Shown one piece after another: positions 54,601 through 64,000 of a stretch of DNA of 64,000 bases; the first letter of the stretch is position 1, and every line of letters starts with the position of its first letter. A model generated the notes under the pieces. That model ran no database searches and was not told where the DNA came from. It worked only from the letters and a program-made list of their open reading frames with translations. The stretch comes from Octopus vulgaris. Its lineage: Eukaryota. The DNA lies in NCBI GenBank assembly GCA_951406725.2, contig OX597821.1, positions 61,256,001-61,320,000 on the forward strand, in the 5' to 3' direction. Made by a program: the position numbers and the translations under genes.

Positions 54601-56219
54601 AGAGAGAGGTAAAGAGAGAACGTAAGAAAGAGAAAGACTGAGGCAGAGAGAACTAGAGAGAGAGTAAGAGACAAAGAGAGGGAGAGAGTGAGTGAGAGAG
54701 AGAGAGTGAGAGATAGGAAAACCTGAAGGAGACAGAGAAAGACAGTATGAAAGGAGAGGGATAAATAGCAACGATAGAGATGGAAAGATACGGAAGGACA
54801 CAGGTGTTTATAATTTGAAGTAAATATGGTTAACCATCCATTTTTAATCACGTGCACACGAAGCACATATGCGTATGTATGTATGTATGTATGTGTAGCA
54901 TATAAATTGACATAGTCACTCACACACACAAATATATGTATTTATATATGTGTGTGTGTGTGTTTTTGCGTTTACCTATTTTTGTGTTGTAATTTATTAA
55001 TAATCTCTCTTGAAATATAATACTTGCAATATCAACATTGCCACACTTCAAAGAATAGATATTGCTGCAACATTGATATCGTTGCTCTCTGTGGCGTTAG
55101 TATGCACTGGTTTATAACAGATAGCAAAGAGAAATATGTAAGCCCTGTACAACTCCAGTGCTCGACAAGCAAGTGTCTGGAAAACTAATAAAGCTTCTCA
55201 GAATTTGATTCCCTGCACCAAATACGTAATATTTTATGTCTACTTAGTGTCAAAGATATATTATTTTCTCGGAATTTCATAAAAGTATGAATGTCACATA
55301 ATACCATTTCGGTTTCACAATAAATGTAAAGATATGTGCCTCTATAATGGACGATTGTTCGAATACCATGACAATAGAAAGTAAGCTATATCGTCAGGCT
55401 TTTCAAATCTTTATGTCAGAAGGCAACAATCAAGAATATTGCATAAAAGAAAAATATGTACTATTTAATAAGATATTAAGACCGCCTAAATCTGTAGGGA
55501 CACTAATATTTAACTGAAAGTCAACATTTCCAATGTCCATACAAGCAATGTGTCCTGACTATTCCCATACACATATGTATTATATATTATACTGATGTAT
55601 ATCTGTGCGCATGTGCTGTGAGTGTGTTGTGTGTAAGCTTCCATGGCCCAGGAATCAAATAGAAAATAATTTTCTTGCTGTTGGTAATACATTTTTATGT
55701 GATAATGCTAAAAGTTTGTGACGCACATAATTTCCTCCATAATATCAACGGGGTAAACTGTATGAGTTGACTTGGCAAGAACTAACTCTACGTCGCATAT
55801 TTCTTTAAATATGAATTTCATTCACAAGGGATGCAGTATATTCGACTGAACAGAAAGAAACTGGAATAATAAACGTCAAATTGTATCTCCGAGGAAAACA
55901 TGAATAAAACATATAAGGCCGGACCAAACATGATAAGAATTATAAATACACACAAAATATAAACACAAAATATAAACACACATAATATAAACGTATAAAG
56001 CAACAGGTTATTGTTACCGAGTGTGTCAAAAATACCCCAAGTATTCCTACACAAATTATATGTCAAATTTCATCATCCTAAATCATTAACAATTCAACGC
56101 CTCAAAGTAAAATAGATAAAAAAAAAACAGCAGGCATCAGACCTCAAGTAATATGGAAGTAATAAACTTCCAACTATATATTTTCTTTTCTTTATCTTTC
56201 ACATAAGCTGACCTTTTAC

Positions 56220-56411
56220 ACACACACACACATATATATATACATATATACGACGGTCTTCTATCGGTTTCTCGCTAACAAACCCACTTACAAGGCTTTG
56301 ATCAGCCTGAGGCTATAGTAGATGACACATGCCCAAGGTGCCACGCAGTGGGACTGGACCCGGAGCCATCTGGTTGGTAAGCAATCTACTTACCCCACAG
56401 TCACTTCTACG

Positions 56412-56413
<2 letters not shown>
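56220..56413 (-). mobile_element. SINE family B, 5' part
   Basis: aggctatagtagatgacacatgcccaaggtgccacgcagtgggactg. Confidence 0.8.
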
Positions 56414-56494
<81 letters not shown>

Positions 56495-57893
56495 TTATTT
56501 ATATATATATTTATATATATATATACACAATATAGATATATATATGTACATTCATCCATCCATCCATACATACATACCTATATATATATATGTACATCCA
56601 TCCATCCATACATACATACATACCTATATATATATATATATATGTACATCCATCCACCCATCCATCCATCCATCCATCCATACATACATACATATATATA
56701 CATATATATATATATACACACGCCTACTCTTACATAGAATTGGTGCATTTGATTTTGTGGTGGTCTAATTGACAACGTGGATAAGCTAGGGTTTTCAGAA
56801 AAAGAAATAAACCAATTCGTACAGTACAGATATAGCCTGTTAAGGGAAAGTGCAAGACGTTTTGTAAGTTTAAAATGAGTATTTCGTTTTTGTTATCTAC
56901 ATTCCATCGATGTGGCTTTGCATCTTTGATAGAGACCAGCTTCTCCCTTCGAAAGAAGATTTCAAATAATGGAAAAACATAAGTAAATTTACTCACAAGT
57001 GTACATACATACAAACATACATACACACACACGCACACATACTCACACGCGCGCGCACACACACATACATAATTATTCTTCATAATATACTTTCTGCTTA
57101 GTTAAACTTAAACATATCTTACCAATTTATATATTTATTTTCATTCCAGTTTATGAAATTTGATATATAGCAGTCTGAGATATTGATTTTTCACACTCTT
57201 TTGTTATCTACGTCCTTGTAATAGTTTGCAGGAAGAAATTGGAGAAAAGTTTGAGAGCATAAACCTTATCGTCTTAAGGTTAGCAATCAATGTGGCATTA
57301 AATATGAAAATGACAACCATTTGTGGCACACTCTAAATCTCACTCGCACTTTCCAGTTTACAGGTTAAATCGGATTAGAAACAATCAAGGTGCTGTCAAG
57401 CATTTAAGGAATGCTTTATTGCAGAAGCGGATACATTCAGATCGTATTTAAATTTCAAGATCTGTAATACCAGTTGCAATATACCTTAAGGAGACATGAA
57501 CGTATTCTTTCTTGGTATTTAATACTCTAAATAATCTTATAAGTTCACAACGCTTTCTTAGCGTTACTAAGTTTGCCACTTTCACCAGCTAAATCCTATA
57601 ATATATTCTTTAAGAGTGTGGGATCCGATGAAAATAAACGTAAAGGATAAGTCTTTGCATCAAAATCCTTAATGCAAACCATCAAGCATGATAGGTAAAT
57701 TGTTAAACAGTTCAGAAATTTACAACAGCTTCAGTTATTCATTATTTGTAAGAAGCTTATGAATTGGGAAAATATTGCACATATAATGGACAACAAAGTT
57801 GATAGTTACGCTGCTCTAATGAATAGTATGTAGACTACCAGTCAGATAGTGGAACAATAGTGGTTTCTGATTAAGCAGACGAAACACAGTATT

Positions 57894-58107
57894 CTTTTCT
57901 ACTCTAGGCACAAGGCCCGAAATTCTTAAGGAGGGGGATAATCGATTAGATCGATACTAGTTCGTAACTGGTACGTAATTTATCGACCCCGAAAGGATGA
58001 AAGGCAAAGTCGATCTCGGCGGAATTTCAACTCAGAACATAAAGACAGATGAAATACTGTTGAGCATTTCGTACAGCGTGCTAAAGTTTCTGCCACCTCG
58101 CCGCCTT
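57894..58107 (-). mobile_element. SINE family A, full length with TSD
   Basis: Flanked by agacgaaacacagtatt (57877-57893) and agacgaaaagcagtatt (58108-58124). Confidence 0.88.
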
Positions 58108-58825
58108 AGACGAAAAGCAGTATTGACGAGAGAATGGTATTGAATACCATTAATTAAGTATTTGATTGGTACTTTATTTATCTATCACCCGAATGGATGA
58201 ATCCTCACCTGGACTCTTAATTAAAAATAGCCTTCAGAAATGCCGTAGTGGATTTACAAGGACTGTCCAAATCAGTTTGCTCTCTTCAGTCATTTCCGAA
58301 TATAGTTGAATGCTTATTTTCTAACAGTCACTTTAAAATTCATTTTATTATTGATCTGTTTCTCATTAATGAAGAGCGCATCATCTCAGAATGCGATGCA
58401 GTTGCAGCATTGTGTTACTGTTGTAACTCGATTTCTCGCCGAATACACTCACCTTCTATCTCGTTCTTTCCCTTTGAATGTATAAATGTATGTATGTTTA
58501 TAAGTATAAATGAGTATAAATATAAATATAAGTTTATGAGTATAAATGTATGTATGTTTACGGACACACAGATATTTCTCCACGCCGTTGTTAAACATTA
58601 AATGTAACACTTTCAAAAGTAAGACAAAGCTTAATTTCAAGTAAGTTAAAAAATGGTTTATTACAAAATGGAAATCAAATTATGAATTTCCGTAAGTTAC
58701 GTTAAATTTCTTTTAAATTACTTTAAATTTCTTTTAAGGAAAGAAAAAAATAAATTCTCGTTTTGTCTTTAAATTTTAATTATTTACATAATTTACAATA
58801 CTGCTAAAGTGTTTAAATATAGCCA

Positions 58826-58884
58826 GTTGGGCAATGTTGGGCAATACTGGGCAATGTTGGGCAACGTTGGGCAATGGTGGGCAC
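58826..58884. repeat. 10-bp minisatellite (gttgggcaat), about 6 copies
   Basis: Visible directly. Confidence 0.9.
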
Positions 58885-61800
58885 AGTAGCGTTGGTGATC
58901 CACCGAACGTAAAGTCTATTGTTGATTAAACTCAATTTATTATAACGAGGTTCTCACAGGCGTCACATGTAGGGAAATATTAAATTCACTACATTCACTA
59001 GATAAATAACGTGTCTAAACTCACCGTCCATTGTTTGTTGTATAAATAAACAGATAACATATGTATTTTGCTCTAGTATTTCTTATATTTCAATTTTGTG
59101 TTACTTTTATTTAATCATTTTGTTGTCTTTATGATTATATCGAATGAAACGGAATATTACTTATTGACGCATGATATAATGCATAATGCATTAATGATTA
59201 TGATAATAGTAATGCTGCTGCTACTACTGCTACTACTTCTGACGTTGATGATGATGATGTGGATAGATATTGATTATTATAATTATATAACTCGGAGATA
59301 TCTTACAGGGAACACGGTAGGGACATTTGACATGCAAAGAGTCTCCTAAAATCATTGGATAATAACGGGTATGATAAGCACATAAAAGCATGAAAATAAG
59401 TGCATTTGTGATTCTGCCACATAAATGATGTATTGCAGATGTTATCTGTATCCATGAGTTTACATTCTTGTGTCGTATTTGCGGTTCGGCAAAAGAGATC
59501 GATAGAAGAAAACTCATGCTTTAAAAAACGTACTGGGAGTGGTTCATGGCCGCAGTCCAATAAGTGAAACACCTAAGTTAAAGATAAAAATATATTTGTA
59601 TAAAATTTAAAGGGAAAATAGCCCTGACATAGAAATATTGCAGAAATCCAACAAGCTAGTTAACATATGAAGACATATCAAAATAAAAACACATCGGATC
59701 TCGCAGTCGAACATTTGAAAGAGTGTACAGAGGGAGCGAAAGTAACGTTCAGAAAACTGAACAAAAATAGAATGTAAACCATAAAAATAGAATCAACGTA
59801 TGCAACTAAACCATTAGAACTGTGCAATACTAACCAAACTCAGAGAGAAAGTAAACCTAAAATGCATAAAGAAAATACGAATAAATTAGAATATGTGGAA
59901 AATCTAACGTAGATCATTCTAAATGTGGAAAGCACGCTACATTAAGAACGATAGGAAATTTTCCTGGAGACCAACGAATGTACCTTCCAAATATAAAACT
60001 CACTGACTGAATAACAACAACAATAACAGGTAAATATGCCTACCTTGGAATGAATGAAAACTTATGAACATCAAGATTACCGGGCTAAATAAAATAATAT
60101 AATGGGCAGTCTCTGTGGTTAGAAAGAAAACTGAATACTCTATCATATACATTCAATCAGGAATGTAAGGATAACAATTACCAAATGCATTACGAAATCA
60201 CGAACGAAACAACACAGCTAAAAAAGGAGTATTCTGCAAAAATATACATAAAAAAAGGGTATCTGAAATCAAAGATTTCCTAAAACACGAGTCTCGTTGA
60301 ATTACAAAGACTACGTCGATATGAAAAACATTAACTATTCTTTGAAAACAAACCAAAATAAAATGTTCGGTTACAACATGAACCGACTCTGTCAAGACCT
60401 TGTTAAAGATAAACTAATAGCTATTGCAGCATCAGCAACAACAGAAAACCTTTTGTGGGTGAGTATGAGAAGCGAAAGAATCACAAATGAAAGCTTGGTC
60501 AATGCGCTCCTCTTTATCAATCAGGACCATCTAATGGCATTCACTACGTTCATCAGATTATATGCCTGATCTCGAACATCATAGCCATAGTGTTTCACCT
60601 CGAAGATATGTTTAAAGGCTACTCTAACTGCAACACAGATTGTATACGATGTCTTTTCTGTACGCCTATTTTATTCGATTTACTGATTTCCCTTCTAATC
60701 CAAGACTCTCTCCTGCTACATATTTGATAGAAATAGCAGTTACTGCTATAAAATATTATCTTGAGATAAATTTTATTTTCATCTGTCATTAATGAATACG
60801 GCTCTCCATTCCCAGTTGAGTAATTAATTCATTCATCTACCACCTAGTTTATTTTTGTATCTGTAAAGATGGATTTCGTTTCAAGTGTTCTGGATTTGTT
60901 ATTTATTCCTGTATATGTTGCTTGTGCACATTAAGAATTTCTGGTTAGTGTAACTAACTACCTGAAACTGTGACAAGCTTCGTATTGGGAATTATGAATT
61001 TATCTGATGTACAAGGAAGATACATATAGCGCATCGGTACATCAAACGTTAATACAAACATATACATTTCTTTTCAGAACATGAATATCGGCTTTCGCCG
61101 CGTTTCCATTCACCACTGAGGCGGAAAGCCTGCAATAGGCTGGAAACTCTATTTGTTTGGTTAGAGAAGTTAACATATTTAGTGAGGTGTCAGATTAATA
61201 TTAAGCGTATAGCGCGTGAATAAGAATGATAACATAGAAAACCCTCTACATTTAAGTTGTATATGAAAATGTCGATAGGATTTTGTTTGGGAACATGAAG
61301 AAGTGAGAAAGTTATTAACCATAAGATAATGATGTTCTCTTGAAGCATAAAAACGTCCACGCACGCACATACAAACACACACGTACAAACACATATATCC
61401 ATACGTACACAAGTACGCACCTACGCATACATATGTATATATGCGCGTTATTGTGTGCAGGCGTATGTGCATAAGGAAAAACATTTCGTTGAACGTATGG
61501 TATTGAGAATACGAGGCTCTAATAGCAATGTTAAATGAAATATTTTATTCGCATCACGTTTTCAGTTTGTTTTACCTTTTCATTGCAACAATGAATTCCG
61601 AACTCTCATGGATTCAATCGACCTTGAACGCCAAGTAAAAGGAATACGTTCACTCTATTACGAGCTAGGACCCTTCTGTAACTGATAATCCTCTATTGTC
61701 ACTAGGTTTAACATACACATGACTATTAATCTTTTTTTATACCGCAAGAATCATAAAATTAAGTGACTTTCATATCCTTTTAGATGGAAGTGACAGTTAT

Positions 61801-62166
61801 TTCGTAATGTAAGTTATAGTGTTCTGCTAACAGTTTGTTTTTACCAGCCGAGTCATCTTCACAAAGAAATTTCTACGTAACATAGGCCACGCGCTCAACT
61901 CGAGTTTTGAACACAGTTTATTTCCTATAAATTTGATCTAATACACTGGCAAAAACCTTTTTGATTCCCAACATTTTAGTTAGCAAATTATATTCTCACA
62001 ATACATTGCTTATAAAATAAATTTCAATTTATGCTCACATTTTCGATGAAGAAATGTGTATTCGACAAAATAGTATGACGTCCGAGACATCAGTGAAATT
62101 GAGTCTATACTGAAGCCATAAATAAGGTGGAAGAAAGGAATTCTATCCAGTTATTTTATACTTATA

Positions 62167-62395
62167 GAAGGTGAATTGCTTAGTGGCTAGGGATATCGAC
62201 TCATGATCGTAAGGTCATGAGTTCGATTCTCCGCGGTGCTTGTGTCCTTGAGCAAGACACTTTATTTCACGTTCTTCCTTCCAGTCCACTCAGCTGGCAA
62301 GTGAAAGGGCCAGCCTTGTTTCATTCTGTGACACACTGAATTTTTCTGAGAACTACGTGAAGTGTACGTGTGTCTCTTAATTTCACGAACAAGTT
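62167..62395 (+). mobile_element. SINE family C
   Basis: tgcttagtggctaggg...gagttcgattctc (B-box)...gtgtccttgagcaagacactttatttcacg. Confidence 0.8.
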
Positions 62396-62663
62396 CTTAG
62401 TCTTAAGAAATAACAAAAATTATGTCGGAAAACAGCTTACACGTGAAAGACAACTGCTTCTGTATGGCACATCGAATAGGCACATAATATTCACTCAGAT
62501 GAGTATTGCATACAGCTGAATTAAAATTCAATCCTTCGTCTTTGGAAAGTGATTATATATTTGATGGACAAGATATCCTGAAGATCACTAGATAGATCCC
62601 ATAAAAGATTAAAGATGTAAAACTTATATACACATATAATATAAATGTATGCATGTTTGTATG

Positions 62664-62713
<50 letters not shown>

Positions 62714-62825
62714 AACAAACCGAGGAAAAGAAATCCATCAAAGGGGTGTGTTTAGCATCCAATTCCCTGATATGTCAGTTGGATACCATATAAATATTGG
62801 CATAATTCAATTATAAAGATACATT

Positions 62826-63172
62826 AAATATAGAGATATACTATTGACAATCCAATAATTTATTTATATTACAATATTACATTAAATACTATGAATATAA
62901 TATGATATAGCATAACATTATATAGCATAAATATATATAAAAACCATAAAAGGTCAACAAATTGCTTCCACTCATATATATATTTTCCTGATATACATAA
63001 TCACAGTTTCCTTATAAATAAAGTCACTTCAGGGTAATGGTTTATAAAAAGACGAAATCCTTTTTATAGTTTTTATAGTTATTTATGTTGTATAATATTA
63101 TATTCATTGTATTTCACGTAATATTGTAATATAAATAAATTATTGGATTGTCAATAGCATATTTCTATATTT
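62826..63172. repeat. Imperfect inverted repeat (arms ~62826-62953 and ~63059-63172) between (TA)n tracts
   Basis: ctattgacaatccaataatttatttatattacaatattac and its exact reverse complement. Confidence 0.85.
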
Positions 63173-63242
63173 ACCTTTATATATATATATATATATATAT
63201 ACATACGTACATACGCAACGCTTATCAATGTGTGTGCGTATA

Positions 63243-63309
<67 letters not shown>

Positions 63310-63396
63310 AAGGATGAAAAGGGACACACGAGTTGATATATATGAAAAAACAATTCAAGATAAAAAAATGTTAAAATAATTTTATATAGAACATTT

Positions 63397-63433
63397 CAGT
63401 ACCGGTTTTGGTCATTTGAGACCTTTTCAACTG
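63397..63433 (-). ncRNA. Minimal hammerhead-like motif, U3-A8 core, G12A-mutated
   Basis: cag TTGAAAA ggtc tcaaat gacc AAAA ccgg TA ctg. All stems pair and stem III is the palindrome ACCGGU. It lies ~90 nt from a (TA)n tract. Confidence 0.6.
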
Positions 63434-64000
63434 TAACAATTAAATGTTTAAATTTAGAAATATTAAAAGAAAAGTTTTTTTTAAAGAATATTCGTATAGT
63501 GTCCAAATATAAGTGGCATTTCCTTGTTTCTGCCTTTCTCTGTCTCTCTTGTTTACTCATGTGGGTTCAAGGTCCACATGTGTTTATGTTCCCGTAACTT
63601 AGCGGTTCGGCAAGAAACTCTGATAGAATGAGCATTAGTCTTACAATGAATTAGTCCTGCGTCAACGTCTGCTACTAAAACCTTTTAAGGAGGTGTTCGA
63701 GCATGGGCGCTGAAAATGAATAAAACGTAAAATATAAAAGAATAGTATATATATATATATATATATATAAGTGGGGGTGGGGGAGATGGAAATAGCAACA
63801 GAGTGAGGGAATAGAGAAGAGACAGACTGAAAGATAATGTATGGAAAAGAAAGTGAGAGTGTGTGAGGGAGATGTAGATGAGGAGGGACAAATGTAATTG
63901 CATATTCTTATATATATATCTGTATTTTGAAACAGATGATAGCTGAACTATAGTAGCATTTGCACAGAATGCAGTGCAGGGATTGAAACAAAAGTGTAGC

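Noticed and set aside
59650-60540. A-rich stretch with a KYAYLG-like remnant, possible RTE LINE
   Set aside because: It is too degenerate to call by eye.

Overview
This is AT-rich, microsatellite-saturated eukaryotic DNA with no recognisable host exon. The SINE content suggests an octopus or other coleoid cephalopod intron or intergenic region (inference). Nearly all ORFs in the track are microsatellite read-throughs. The coding relics I can support are a decayed Tc1 (DD34E) transposon (22.8-24.05 kb) and two CR1/L2-like LINE reverse transcriptase fragments. Also present are three tRNA-derived SINE families (several with target-site duplications), a non-autonomous Helitron and a mariner-type MITE. 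The main result is at least seven sequence-unrelated short elements, embedded in (TA)n/(CA)n tracts, that carry type I hammerhead ribozyme (HHR) motifs. Four are head-to-head palindromes whose symmetry axis lies just upstream of the ribozyme. One is a 504-nt tandem double-HHR element resembling a retrozyme or Penelope pseudo-LTR (pLTR). Across families the core 3-8 tertiary pair co-varies (C3-G8, G3-C8, U3-A8). All folds were assigned by eye and none is shown to be active.
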